From NCBI GenBank assembly GCA_002269645.1, contig NIVC01000936.1, forward strand, positions 62,001 through 126,000: 64,000 bases of DNA, in the 5' to 3' direction. Made by a program: the position numbers and the translations under genes. This DNA is from Macrostomum lignano. Taxonomy: Eukaryota. Shown here piece after piece: positions 45,578 through 58,542 of this stretch (its first letter is position 1; each line of letters starts with the position of its first letter). Below the pieces are notes generated by a model. The model saw only the letters and a program-made list of their open reading frames with translations, made no database searches and was not told the DNA's origin.

Positions 45578-46463
45578 CTCTGATCTCTGATCTCTCTCTG
45601 ATCTCTCTCTGATCTCTCTCTGATCTTTCTCTGATCTCTCTCTGATCTCTCTCTGATCTCTCTCTGATCTCTCTCTGATCTCTCTCTGATCTCTCTCTGA
45701 TCTCTCTCTAATCTCTCTCTGATCTCTCTCTGATCTCGCTCTAATCTCTCTCTGATCTCTGATCTCTCTCTGATCTCTCTCTGATCTCTCTCTGATCTCT
45801 CTCTGATCTCTCTCTGATCTCTCTCTGATCTCTCTCTGATCTCGCTCTGATCTCTCTCTGATCTCTCTCTGATCTCTCTCTCTCTGATCTCTCTCTGATC
45901 TCTCTCTCTCTGATCTCTCTCTGATCTCTCTCTGATCTCTCTCTGATCTCTCTCTGATCTCTCTCTGATCTCTCTCTGATCTCTCTCTGATCCCTCTCTG
46001 ATCTCTCTCGGATCTCTCTCTGGTCTCTCTCTGATCTCTCTCTGATCTCTCTCTGATCTCTCTCTGATCTCTCTCTGATCTCTCTCTGATCCCTCTCTGA
46101 ACTCTCTGATCTCTCTCTGATCTCTCTCTGATCTCTCTCTGATCTCTCTCTGATCTCTCTCTGATCCCTCTCTGATCTCTCTGATCTCTCTCTGATCTCT
46201 CTCTGATCTCTCTGATCTCTCTCTGATCTCTCTCTGATCTCTCTCTGATCTCTCTCTCTGATCTCTCCCTGATGTCTCTCTGATCTCTCTCGGATCTCTC
46301 TCTGATCTCTCTCGGATCTCTCTGATCTCTCTCTGATCTCTCTCTGATCTCTCTCTGATCTCTCTCTGATCTCTCTCTGATCTCTCTCTGATCTCTCTCT
46401 GATCTCTCTCTGATCTCTCTCTGATCTCTCTCTGATCTCTCTCTGATCTCTCTCTGATCTCTC
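45578..46463. repeat. 10/12-bp repeat (CTGATCTCTCTC)n
   Basis: Tandem copies. Confidence 0.95.
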
Positions 46464-47434
46464 CTAAATGTTCTTGTCTCAAGTCCCATAGCTTTTTATG
46501 TTCTCCTACTAAAGTTTTGTTCTATCGCTCCCAGCCACATCGCTTCTGATTTCCATGGCAACCAAACCAGTTCTAAAGAATAGCGGAACTGGGAGATGCA
46601 TTTCTCAGCCTATATTTCAGCAAACAAAGCAAAAACCCATATTGTAAGTTTTGAGATTTTTCCAAGAAAGAAACTGCCTTTGCAAATCGCGACTTGCGTG
46701 ACCGCCCGTCTCTCGCGCCGATTTTGCCAATTTCCCTGACAAATTTGACATGTTGGCATCAAGACGCGCTGCGGTGCTCACTACCCAGTTTGAGCCTGTC
46801 CTCGGCTGAACTCGAATTGAGTTGATTCGAATTCCTTAATTAGCTGCATTGACAGGCCCGCCTAGCAACTGACACAGATCAGAAGTCTCTGAGATCTACT
46901 GATAATTATGGGATGTCAATGTAATAATTTTGGATGGCAGCTGGAGCAGCGGAACTCCTGTGATGACGCCAGCATCGTCTGCGGGATGACATCTGAATGA
47001 CAGCAGCATCTTCATAACAAGAGTCTGTGTGACAGAATCTTCATGAAAAGAGTCTGTATGACAGCATCTTCATAACAAGAGTCTGTATGACAGCATCTTC
47101 ATGACAAGAGTCTGTATGACAGCATCTTCATGACAAGAGTCTGTATGACAGAATCTTCATAACCTGAGTCTGTATGACTGCATTTTCTGACAGCATATTT
47201 ATGACAGCATCTTCATGACAGCATCTTCATGACAGCATCTTCATGACAGCATCTTCATAACAGCATCTTCATGACAGCATCTTCATGACAGCATCTTCAT
47301 GACAGCATCTTCATGACAGTGTCTTCATGACAGCATCTTCATGACAGCATCTTCATGACAGCATCTTCATGACAGCATCTTCATGACAGCATCTTCATAA
47401 CAGCATCTTCATGACAGCATCTTCATGACAGCAT

Positions 47435-49146
47435 CAGGGACTACTCAAACATCGGGACGGGAAACTAGGCAAATCATGGCGAAGTTTTTACGAGGCTGGT
47501 TAAATCTATGGCCGCGCCAATGCAGCAGTAGCTATTTCAATATTTAGTTTTTTGTCTTTCTCTCTTGAACGGTGATGGATGATGGAGCCACCTTCGATGA
47601 TCTCCGGACAAGTCCCTTAAAGAATGTGTTTGTTGCTCTTCGTGCCACACCTTGGACGTTGAAGTCAATGTAATGGAAGAAATTTTCAGCTATAGTTGTA
47701 AATAGTGCCTGCACTCTCGTTGCACAAACGGGTGAGTGGGCAGTGAAGTAGCGTAGCAGAGAATTAGAAATGAAAACAGCCACTCTGGGGGTGCCGTAGC
47801 TTTCCCCGCGATAGTAACAGCACACCAAAAATACAATTAGTCGGGGGCTATTCCCATTCCTGCGAGTTGATGTCTTAGTAAGGCCGACTTCCGGATGATA
47901 GTAGTGCTATATCTGCGAGCAGTCGGTGAGTCCAGTGTTAGCTTTAACTGTTCCAGCAAGAATTTAATAGTTGGATTCGAAATCTCTAGCGCTGCGCTGT
48001 CAATGGCGAATATGTTGCTTTTCATGAGATACGAAATCTCGTTCTCAACTGAAAACTCTGAGTTGTTGCATCGTACGATAATTGCATCCAGTTGCGACCA
48101 AAACTTCAGCGTGGGTTGAAATCCAAGTAGGTCGTGAACACTAATTGGCGTGTGCATTATGTAGGCGCGAACAGCAAAATTTGGCGAAATAAATAATCGA
48201 ACAAGCATGTCGCCATTGGAGTCCAATGAAAACATATATAAATCCTGCTGAAAAAATGTAACCACTAAGGAGTGGCGTTTGACTATTTCAGAGTCCTGTA
48301 CGGAGTCACAGAAACCATTCCACGAACATTTGGTGTCGCTCAGCTGAAACTCCTCTAATTCATCCGCTAAGCCACCTCGTGCGTCAGAGAGAACACCTCT
48401 CGTCTTCACATCTCTATTGCGTTCTAAAATGTAAAAACATTTATGGTGGCAACTTTGAGGAAGTTTAGATTATATGAACCAAATGCTAAAGTCTAAAGTA
48501 CAAATAGGTATTCAAAGTATAGTCATACCTTGGTTCTGGACCAGGCAAGATGGAGGAACACCATTGAGAATAGAAGGCGGATCCTTTGGTGCCTCAAATC
48601 GTCGCTTTTTCACCATTGTTGTGTCCGGTGGCCAGTGTTTGGCGCAGATTCCCATGTGATCTGTAACGGACTGAAAGGCGGAATAAAGGAAAAAATTGCA
48701 TATAATATATTAGCACAATTTACCTTATAGTAAATAGCGCCTACCTCTAGGATGTTCGGCAGGGCCTTTTTCCATCGCTCTCGCTCAACCGAGTCCTTCG
48801 GAAACAGATGGACTTTCGTAGCTAATCGTTCGGACTCGTAATTTGACTTGCAGCCAACAACGCTGCACTTTCTTGGCATTGATGCCAACAACACAAGCAG
48901 AAAAATCGAGCTTGTCCTACGCGTCTGCCAGAAACTTAGCTGCTATAATATAATGCAAGCATCCCTGCTAGACTGCAGTGGAAATAACGTATCACAAGCT
49001 TCAAATAATAAAAAATAACCATAGACAACAAAGTCTCGCTCTATACAAATAAGCCAGCCAGCCTCGTCAGCTGCTAACAAACCAGCCTCGTAAAAACTTC
49101 GCCATGATTTGCCTAGTTTCCCGTCCCGATGTTTGAGTAGTCCCTG
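47435..49146 (-). mobile_element. P-element-superfamily DNA transposon, internally deleted (1712 bp)
   Basis: Perfect 67-bp TIRs (CAGGGACTACTCAAACATCGGGACGGG...GAGGCTGGTT); 8-bp flanks GACAGCAT / AACAGCAT. Carries a THAP ORF plus a frameshifted transposase C-terminal remnant (LLSRGKLRHP..RRATNTFFK) at ~47544-47830. Confidence 0.88.
47837..48879 (-). CDS. THAP-domain truncated P-element transposase (287 aa). Exons 48879-48745, 48670-48529, 48423-47837
   Basis: Three GT-AG exons in phase (135+142+587 nt). MPRKCSVVGC..HLFPKD..RERWKKAL..GICAKHW..PPSIL is a C2CH THAP signature; FLLEQLKL..RRYS is a P-transposase motif; stop codon precedes the catalytic domain. Confidence 0.82.
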
Positions 49147-51132
49147 AACAGCATCTTCATGACAGCATCTTCATGACAGCATCTTCATGACAGCATCTTC
49201 ATGACAGCATCTTCATGACAGCATCTTCATGACAGCATCTTCATGACAGCATCTTCATAACAGCGTCTTCATGACAGCATCTTCATGACAGCATCTTCAT
49301 GACAGCATCTTCATGACAGCATCTTCATGACAGCATCTTCATGACAGCATCTTCATGACAGCATCTTCATAACAGCATCTTCATGACAGCATCTTCATGA
49401 CAGCATCTTCATGACAGCATCTTCATAACAGCATCTTCATGACAGCGTCTTCATGACAGCATCTTCATGACAGCATCTTCATGACAGCATCTTCATGACA
49501 GCATCTTCATGACAGCATCTTCATGACAGCATCTTCATGACAGCATCTTCATAACAGCGTCTTCATGACAGCATCTTCATGACAGCATCTTCATGACAGC
49601 ATCTTCATGACAGCATCTTCATGACAGCATCTTCATGACAGCATCTTCATAACAGCGTCTTCATGACAGCATCTTCATGACAGCATCTTCATGACAGCAT
49701 CTTCATGACAGCGTCTTCATGACAGCATCTTCATGACAGCATCTTCATGACAGCATCTTCATAACAGCGTCTTCATGACAGCATCTTCATGACAGCATCT
49801 TCATGACAGCATCTTCATGACAGCGTCTTCATGACAGCATCTTCATGACAGCATCTTCATGACAGCATCTTCATGACAGCATCTTCATGACAGCGTCTTC
49901 ATGACAGCATCTTCATGACAGCATCTTTATGACAGCATCTTCATGACAGCATCTTCATGACAGCATCTTCATGACAGCATCTTCATAACAGCATCTTCAT
50001 GACAGCATCTTCATAACAGCGTCTTCATGACAGCATCTTCATGACAGCATCTTCATGACAGCATCTTCATGACAGCGTCTTCATGACAGCATCTTCATGA
50101 CAGCATCTTCATGACAGCATCTTCATGACAGCATCTTCATGACAGCGTCTTCATGACAGCATCTTCATGACAGCATCTTTATGACAGCATCTTCATGACA
50201 GCATCTTCATGACAGCATCTTCATGACAGCATCTTCATAACAGCATCTTCATGACAGCATCAGAGATGCCAAATAGCTTCAACCCTGGTTGGCTGCACTG
50301 CACTGCCTGCAGACTGGCTAACCAATGAACGGGCCATGCTGCAGTGAGTATGCGGGCCGGCTGCCCATAGGTAAAAATGTTTTAAAGCCGCAGAGCCGAC
50401 CGAAGCATCCCAGTTGCGCGAAAATTATTTTTAAAAACTGCGAGCTTTGTTCCTCATTGAAAAAGTTCGGCTTGCTCTGCAACTGTTTCGGCCGAAATCT
50501 CAAAGGTGAGAGGCGGTGACATTAAATCATTGGTTTGGGATCTGAGTGGCTTCGAAATCTTATTATCTGAGGTGAAAAGAAGGCAGCAGATCCGAGTAGG
50601 CACCGAGATTTACAACTTTCCAAGTTGGACTCAAGGCGCCAGAAGCGCGAATCACCATGGAACACGCAGTCGCTCACGCAGGGTGTTACAGCAGTCCTGA
50701 CTTGTTTTTTAGTAGGGAAATTGTTCCCTGTGTCAAGAATCTTTCCTTGGCTAATCAAGGGCTGCTTCTTTACTGCAGCAGGTGGGAAAGCACCCGCTGC
50801 GATGGCCTCAAGAACAAGGAGACCAGGCGCATGCGGTGACTGCATTGTGGCCAATTTTAGCATGCAGCTGCTTCTGCAGCAGAGCTGGCAAAGTATTCTC
50901 AAGTGGGTCTCAGTCCCCAGGGCAGCGATGGAGGCAGCTGCGCTTGAGAAAATGAAGAGCAGTTTTAAAGGCAAGTTTTTTGCGCCTGGGAGAAGGCTGA
51001 AAAGGCTGGAAAACACCGCGGGAATGAGACGGGGAGAAATTCGAGAAATATTGAAACTGAACCGATTTGAACTCAGTGCCATTTGACAATTACATTTGCG
51101 CTCCTCTTTCAAATTTGAAGAACTGCTAGAAG

Positions 51133-52886
51133 ATGCACCGACTGTCGATCCTGCTGCTGGCTGCCGGACTGCTGGCTACCGGACTCGCCTGCTGCGCTTC
51201 TGGTGAGCTGCTCTGACTGCTCTGGCTGTGTGAACAGTGGCTGTGTGAACAGTGGCTGTGTGAACAGTGGCTGTGTGAACAGTGGCTGTGTGAACAGTGG
51301 CTGTGTGAACAGTGGCTGTGTGAACAGTGGCTGTGTGAACAGTGGCTGTGTGAACAGTGGCTGTGTGAACAGTGGCTGTGTGAACAGTGGCTGTGTGAAC
51401 AGTGGCTGTGTGAACAGTGGCTTTGTGAACAGTGGCTGTGTGAACAGTGGCTGTGTGAACATGACTCTTTGCAGGCGCCGCCGCTGCCGCTCCGCCGGCC
51501 GCCGACTCCGACTTGGCCGCCGCCGCCAGCCGCCACGAGCCGGTCCGCTTCAAGAAAGGCTTCCACTTCTTCAGGCTGCGCCGTCGCCCGTCGGCCGAAG
51601 AGGTGTGCAGCATCGATCCGGACTCTGCGGCGGCCGTGATGGCAGCTGTTGTGAGTTGATGGACTCGGTGACTGACTGTGGTACTGGGGACCTGCCATGG
51701 ACAACTAAATTAGATGGACGATGGGGGGGGGCAGAGCAGCTCAGCGGTGAACGCGGCTGAATCTCGCGCTACGAACCCCTGGTTCGATTCCGTTCGATTC
51801 ATTTGGGGCTTGTGAACTAAAATTGGCCGGGCGGGGGTTCGTGCAGTTCACAGCCAAGAGAGCCTTAACCCCCAGCTCATGTACACCCTGTGTGAGCGCG
51901 TGTACGAGTGCGTGCCTGCGTACAGTATTGTGATGTCACCGAAGGACGATGTCACCGAAGGACGATGTCACCGAAGGACGATGTCACCGAAGGACGATGT
52001 CACCGAAGGACGATGTCACCGAAGGACGATGTCACCGAAGGACGATGTCACCGAAGGACGATGTTACCGAAGGACGATGTCACCGAAGGACGATGTCACC
52101 GAAGGAAAATGTCACCGAAGGACGATGTCACCGAAGGACGATGTCACCGAAGGACGATGTCACCGAAGGAAAATGTCACCGAAGGACGATGTCACCGAAG
52201 GACGATGTCACCGAAGGACGATGTTACCGGGGTGCCCGCAGCCCTGCCTGCATTTTCATAAAACTGTTGCATCAATAATTTTTTAAAAAAACCTTAGTTG
52301 CTTCTGGAAAGAGAGTCACGAATTTACATGTAGAAACTGAAAGCTTCCATTCTACGTATTTTCCCATTGAAATTGCTCAATTCCCAAGTGTGAGACCCTC
52401 CCGCTTTAATTGTCCACGAATTCTCGGCCGCATGTCCAGTAGAAGGTGGGAAAACGCTCAGAGCTCAGTGCAGGGCTGAAGCCCTCGGCTCGCAACAAAA
52501 ACTTGTTGCCTTCAATTAAACTTGCAAGACGCGGAAGGCGCGTGCTTGAGTAGTCCGTGCGCGAGAATTGAAGACAATAGCGCGCCGCAAGCAGCTAATT
52601 ATTAATTTAATGAGCCCGCTAGCAACGCCAGCGGACACCATCGGGTGTGGAAGACGGAAGTTCTTGCTTGTTACTGGTTGGAGACCAGGAGAAAAAAGTC
52701 AGTTTTAGCCAACTCTGTTTCCCATCACAATTATTCATCTAGCGGCTGCTCCACCCACCGCTGTCATGTCTGCTCTGCAGCTCAGTTGCCCCCCCATCCC
52801 GCTTTCAGCGTGCGGCCAAGGCTGGGCAGCTTTGCGAGAGGGACCGCGCCTTCCTGCGTCTGATGGTCAGCGAGCTGCTGCAGTGA
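51133..52886 (+). CDS. Neuropeptide prohormone (107 aa), HFFRL family (flatworm SPP-18/NPP-28-like). Exons 51133-51202, 51475-51650, 52809-52886
   Basis: Signal peptide MHRLSILLLAAGLLATGLACCAS. GT-AG exons in phase (70+176+78 nt) with GTGAGC/GTGAGT donors. Single peptide GFHFFRL flanked by KK and RRR; C-terminal region has two Cys. Confidence 0.82.
51228..51460. repeat. 15-bp minisatellite (GGCTGTGTGAACAGT)n in prohormone intron 1
   Basis: About 15 copies filling the intron. Confidence 0.93.
51932..52228. repeat. 16-bp minisatellite (GATGTCACCGAAGGAC)n in prohormone intron 2
   Basis: About 18 copies. Confidence 0.93.
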
Positions 52887-53529
52887 ACAGCCAACGCAGT
52901 TACCGATCTTTGCTATTGAAAACTATATTCAGAACTGAACTTCTAATCATTAGAAATATCGACTTCGATTTTTGTTAGCATCGTTCAAGACGCCGGAACA
53001 CCAATAATAATGATGGACACCGCGCTTCGAAAGAAATCAACATCCTAAATCCCCGTACGAGTCAAAAGGCTCTTATCTGCAGACATGCAGCTCTCAAACC
53101 GCGAATCAACAAGATTCTTTTTTCTTTTTTCGATCAGCTGCGCGCGTCCTCCGGTGGGGCGGCTCTGAGTGAGAGAAAAGTTTGTTCTGTCCCCCTGATG
53201 CGTGTCCCGTATTGACCGGAGCATGAACATCACATGCACACACGGGACTAAGCAACTCAATCTCTCATGGGCCAGTAATTTATGCATAGATAAATCCATG
53301 CTTTAATCCGGTATGCAGTGTCGAGCCCCCCCCCCCCCGAGTATCTGGGGCTCCGAATTTACATGCCTTTCCTGGCACAAGTAGTTTTAACTAAACCGCA
53401 CAGCAGCCTTTACACGAGCGTAGTATAGAAGTGCCGCTCAGAGTCCCTTTGTTAAAAACACTTTTTCAAGTTTAAACATGCAGCAGAGTAGTTGTATGTG
53501 GAGGATGGGGTTCGATCGCCGCTTTTTAC

Positions 53530-55785
53530 AGGGTTGGCGCCCGTGTCTGTGAGGGTTGGCTTCTGTCTGTGAGGGTTGGCCCCTGTCTGTGAGGGTTGGC
53601 GCCACTGTCTGTGAGGGTTGGCCCCTGTCTGTGAGGGTTGGCCCCTGTCTGTGAGGGTTGGCCCCTGTCTGTGAGGGTTGGCCCCTGTCTGTGAGGGTTG
53701 GCGCCCGTGTCTGTGAGGGTTGGCCCCTGTCTGTGAGGGTTGGCTTCTGTCTGTGAGGGTTGGCGCCCGTGTCTGTGAGGGTTGGCTTCTGTCTGTGAGG
53801 GTTGGCCCCTGTCTGTGAGGGTTGGCGCCACTGTCTGTGAGGGTTGGCCCCTGTCTGTGAGGGTTGGCCCCTGTCTGTGAGGGTTGGCCCCTGTCTGTGA
53901 GGGTTGGCCCCTGTCTGTGAGGGTTGGCCCCTGTCTGTGAGGGTTGGCCCCTGTCTGTGAGGGTTGGCCCCTGTCTGTGAGGGTTGGCCCCTGTCTGTGA
54001 GGGTTGGCCCCTGTCTGTGAGGGTTGGCCCCTGTCTGTGAGGGTTGGCCCCTGTCTGTGAGGGTTGGCCCCTGTCTGTGAGGGTTGGCGCCCGTGTCTGT
54101 GAGGGTTGGCCCCTGTCTGTGAGGGTTGGCTTCTGTCTGTGAGGGTTGGCGCCCGTGTCTGTGAGGGTTGGCGCCCGTGTCTGTGAGGGTTGGCCCCTGT
54201 CTGTGAGGGTTGGCCCCTGTCTGTGAGGGTTGGCGCCCCTGTCTGTGAGGGTTGGCTTCTGTCTGTGAGGGTTGGCGCCCGTGTCTGTGAGGGTTGGCGC
54301 CCGTGTCTGTGAGGGTTGGCCCCTGTCTGTGAGGGTTGGCCCCTGTCTGTGAGGGTTGGCTTCTGTCTGTGAGGGTTGGCGCCCGTGTCTGTGAGGGTTG
54401 GCCCCTGTCTGTGAGGGTTGGCCCCTGTCTGTGAGGGTTGGCGCCCCTGTCTGTGAGGGTTGGCCCCTGTCTGTGAGGGTTGGCCCCTGTCTGTGAGGGT
54501 TGGCCCCTGTCTGTGAGGGTTGGCCCCTGTCTGTGAGGGTTGGCCCCTGTCTGTGAGGGTTGGCCCCTGTCTGTGAGGGTTGGCCCCTGTCTGTGAGGGT
54601 TGGCCCCTGTCTGTGAGGGTTGGCCCCTGTCTGTGAGGGTTGGCGCCCGTGTCTGTGAGGGTTGGCCCCTGTCTGTGAGGGTTGGCTTCTGTCTGTGAGG
54701 GTTGGCGCCCGTGTCTGTGAGGGTTGGCGCCCGTGTCTGTGAGGGTTGGCCCCTGTCTGTGAGGGTTGGCCCCTGTCTGTGAGGGTTGGCGCCCCTGTCT
54801 GTGAGGGTTGGCTTCTGTCTGTGAGGGTTGGCGCCCGTGTCTGTGAGGGTTGGCGCCCGTGTCTGTGAGGGTTGGCCCCTGTCTGTGAGGGTTGGCCCCT
54901 GTCTGTGAGGGTTGGCTTCTGTCTGTGAGGGTTGGCGCCCGTGTCTGTGAGGGTTGGCCCCTGTCTGTGAGGGTTGGCCCCTGTCTGTGAGGGTTGGCGC
55001 CCCTGTCTGTGAGGGTTGGCGCCCGTGTCTGTGAGGGTTGGCCCCTGTCTGTGAGGGTTGGCCCCTGTCTGTGAGGGTTGGCGCCCCTGTCTGTGAGGGT
55101 TGGCCCCTGTCTGTGAGGGTTGGCCCCTGTCTGTGAGGGTTGGCGCCTGTCTGTGAGGGCTGGCGCCCCTGTCTGTGAGGGTTGGCACCTGTGTCTGTGA
55201 GGGTTGGCCCCTGTCTGTGAGGGTTGGCCCCTGTCTGTGAGGGTTGGCGCCCCTGTCTGTGAGGGTTGGCCCCTGTCTGTGAGGGTTGGCCCCTGTCTGT
55301 GAGGGTTGGCGCCTGTGTCTGTGAGGGCTGGCGCCCCTGTCTGTGAGGGTTGGCACCTGTGTCTGTGAGGGTTGGCGCCCCTGTCTGTGAGGGTTGGCGC
55401 CTGTGTCTGTGAGGGTTGGCGCCCCTGTCTGTGAGGGCTGGCGCCCCTGTCTGTGAGGGTTGGTCCCTGTCTGCGAGGGTTGGCCCGTCTGCGAGGGTTG
55501 GCCCCTGTCTGTGAGGGTTGGCGCCCGTGTCTGTGAGGGTTGGCGCCCCTGTCTGTGAGGGCTGGCGCCCCTGTCTGTGAGGGTTGGTCCCTGTCTGCGA
55601 GGGTTGGCCCCTGTCTGCGAGGGTTGGCCCCTGTGTGTGAGGGTTGGCGCCCGTGTCTGTGAGGGTTGGCCCCTGTCTGTGAGGGTTGGCCCCTGTCTGT
55701 GAGGGTTGGCGCTTGTGTCTGTGAGGGTTGGCCCCTGCGTCTGTGAGGGTTGGCGCCTGTGTCTGTGAGGGTTGGCGCCCCTGTA
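53530..55785. repeat. 20-23-bp minisatellite (CCCTGTCTGTGAGGGTTGGC)n with variants
   Basis: About 2.2 kb of tandem copies. Confidence 0.95.
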
Positions 55786-56089
55786 TTATTAAAAGCTAAT
55801 TTAACGATGCTCCAGTCATAAAATAATTGTAAACCACAGGCTTTATTACTTTCGCCAAGCTGCTGATCGCAGTAACAATTCTTTTCACACAATGCTCAAG
55901 ACTCACTTTGAAGGGTGGACAAAAATGCATTACTTCAGGCTCCTAGCGAGCAGAGTCACTTATTAAGCCCTGGGGAATTCCGAGAGCCAGTTGCACCTGA
56001 TCTTGCAAGCTCAGCTGCACAATGACTGTAGCAGTCTCTTACAGGCAGATCTGTCACTCCACTCCACCTTGTCCATCTCAGTCACACCA

Positions 56090-56720
56090 AGCACATAAAA
56101 ACCACACTAAGCACATGAGAATCACACCAAGCACACGAGAATCACATATCAAGCACATGAGAATCACACTAAGCACACGAGAATCACACCAAGTACAGGA
56201 GAATCACACGAAGCACATGAGAATCACACCAAACACATGAAAATCACAAAAAGCACACGAGAATCACACCAAGCACATGAGAATTACACCAAGTACATGA
56301 GAATCACACCAAGCACATGAGAATCACACTAAGCACGAGATTCACACGAAGCACATGAGAATCACACCAAGCACATGAGAATCACACCAAGCACATGAGA
56401 ATTACACCAAGCACACGAGAATCACACTAAGCACGAGATTCACACGAAGCACATGAGAATCACACCAAGCACATGAGAATCACACCAAGCACATGAGAAT
56501 TACACCAAGCACATGAGAATCACACTAAGCACGAGTTTCACACCAAGCACGAGATTCACACCAAGCACATGAGAATCACACCAAGCACATGAGAATCACA
56601 CCAAGCACATGAGAATCACACCAAGCACATGAGAATCACACCAAGCACATGAGAATTACACCAAGCACATGAGAATCACACTAAGTACATGAGAATCACA
56701 CCAAGCACATGAGAATCACA
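56090..56720. repeat. 20-bp minisatellite (AAGCACATGAGAATCACACC)n
   Basis: Tandem copies. Confidence 0.92.
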
Positions 56721-57479
56721 AGCTCTTGAAAGAGATCGCTGAATTTGATTTTCAAAAACCTGGTATGAAAATACATAAAAATAGTGAAGACTACTTGAGT
56801 TTTTAAGATAAAAATATTAGTTTTGTATTCGATAATTTATATTTCAGCAGAGATTAACACATGGAAAATCTTTAAAAAAAACAATATGACAAGCAAAACA
56901 CCGCATAATTGTTCAATTCACGCAATCATTATTGCAATAAATATTTTTCTAATTTGTTAAAATTATTGGCAATAAAATGATAAATCTTACTGGTCAGGTG
57001 AGTTGAGACGGACAGGCAAATAAAAATTGGTGCTAAAAACAATCAAGTTCAGTATTGGGCATGTTTTGGTTGTTTTGTAGTCAAGAGATGCAGACTTCTT
57101 GATTGTTGAGCGACTGTACAAACTTGAATGATAGTAAGTCATACCATCACTGGTTGCAATATTGATAAAAACTGGCGCATAATGATAGACAGACACACCC
57201 TGGTTGAACTGAAATAACAGGTGAACACCGACATAGCGACAGTCCGACATCTGTCATGCTCAGTGATTGACAGCGTATTGTTAAATTGTCTTCTGGAACT
57301 GGTCCCAGGTGAACCTACACCTAGTGACTAATTTTAGGTTAACTAAAAAGGGATTTACGAACTACCAGATGAACCACACGGTGAACTACCAGGTGAACAA
57401 CAAGATAAACTACCAGGAAAACTACCAGGTTAACCACCAGGTTAACCACCAGGTAAACTAACCATCAGGCAAACTAACC

Positions 57480-58372
57480 ACCAGGTAAACTACCAGGTTA
57501 ACCACCAGGTAAACTACCAGTTTAAATTCCGGTTTAGCTACCAGGTTTACTACCAGTTTAAATTCCGGGTTAGCTACCAGGTTTACCACCATTTTAAATT
57601 CCAAGTAAGCTACCAGGTTAACTACCAGTTTAAATTCCGGGTTAGCTACCAGGTTTACTACCAGTTTAAATTTCGGGTTAGCTACCAGGTTTACCACTAG
57701 TTTAAATTCCGGGTTAGCTACCAGGTTTACCACCAGTTTAAATTCCTGGTTAGCTACCAGGTTAACCACCATTTTAAATTCCGGGCTAGCTACCAGGTTA
57801 ACCACCAGTTTAAATTCCGGTTTAGCTACCAGGTTTACTACCAGTTTAAATTCCGGGTTAGCTACCAGGTTTACTACCAGTTTAAATTCCGGGTTAGCTA
57901 CCAGGTTTACCACCAGTTTAAATTCCTGGTTAGCTACCAGGTTAACCACTATTTTAAATTCCGGGTTAGCTACCAGGTTAACCACCAGTTTAAATTCCGG
58001 GTTAGCTACCAGGTTTACCATCAGTTTAAATTCCGGGTAAGCTACCAGGTTAACCACCAGTTTAAATTCCGGGTAAGCTACCAGGTTAACCACCAGTTTA
58101 AATTCCGGTTTAGCTACCAGGTTTACTACCAGTTTAAATTCCGGGTTAGCTACCAGGTTTACTACCAGTTTAAATTCCGGGTTAGCTACCAGGTTTACCA
58201 CCATTTTAAATTCCGGGTAAGCTACCTGGTTAACCACCAGTTTAAATTCCGGTTTAGCTACCAGGTTAACCACCAGTTTAAATTCCGGGTTAGCTACCAG
58301 GTTAACCACCAGTTTAAATTCCGGGTTAGCTACCAGGTTAACCACCAGTTTAAATTCCGGGTTAGCTACCAA
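57480..58372. repeat. 36-bp minisatellite (GCTACCAGGTTAACCACCAGTTTAAATTCCGGGTTA)n
   Basis: About 24 copies. Confidence 0.93.
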
Positions 58373-58542
58373 GTGAGCTAATTAAACCACCAGGCGAACT
58401 CACGCAAACCCAGCTAGATAAAACCCAGATGAGCCATTCATTATCAGGTGAACTATCAGGTAAAGTCAAGCAACACCTAGAAACAAAAACTACAAAAGCT
58501 TGCAGACCGGGGCATTTGGAGCAGCATCAACCCATTGATAGC

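Larger units (their letters stand above)
47000..50262. repeat. 14-bp minisatellite (ATGACAGCATCTTC)n, interrupted by a P element at 47435-49146
   Basis: The same unit occurs on both sides of the insertion (47000-47434 and 49147-50262). Confidence 0.93.

Noticed and set aside
50262-50290. CAGAGATGCCAA as the left end of another DNA transposon
   Set aside because: No matching inverted end or TSD found in the window.
50522-51112. Overlapping 196-aa (-) and 153-aa (+) ORFs upstream of the prohormone
   Set aside because: No recognisable domain and no consistent splice model; may be 5' flank or UTR.
53452-55892. 634- and 788-aa ORFs (QPSQTGANPHRQGPTLTDRG)n
   Set aside because: Products of a stop-free 20-23-bp minisatellite; unit lengths are not multiples of 3 and several frames are open.
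57458-58372. 304-aa ORF (ANPEFKLVVNLV)n
   Set aside because: 36-bp tandem repeat with no unique flanking coding sequence; no support for translation.
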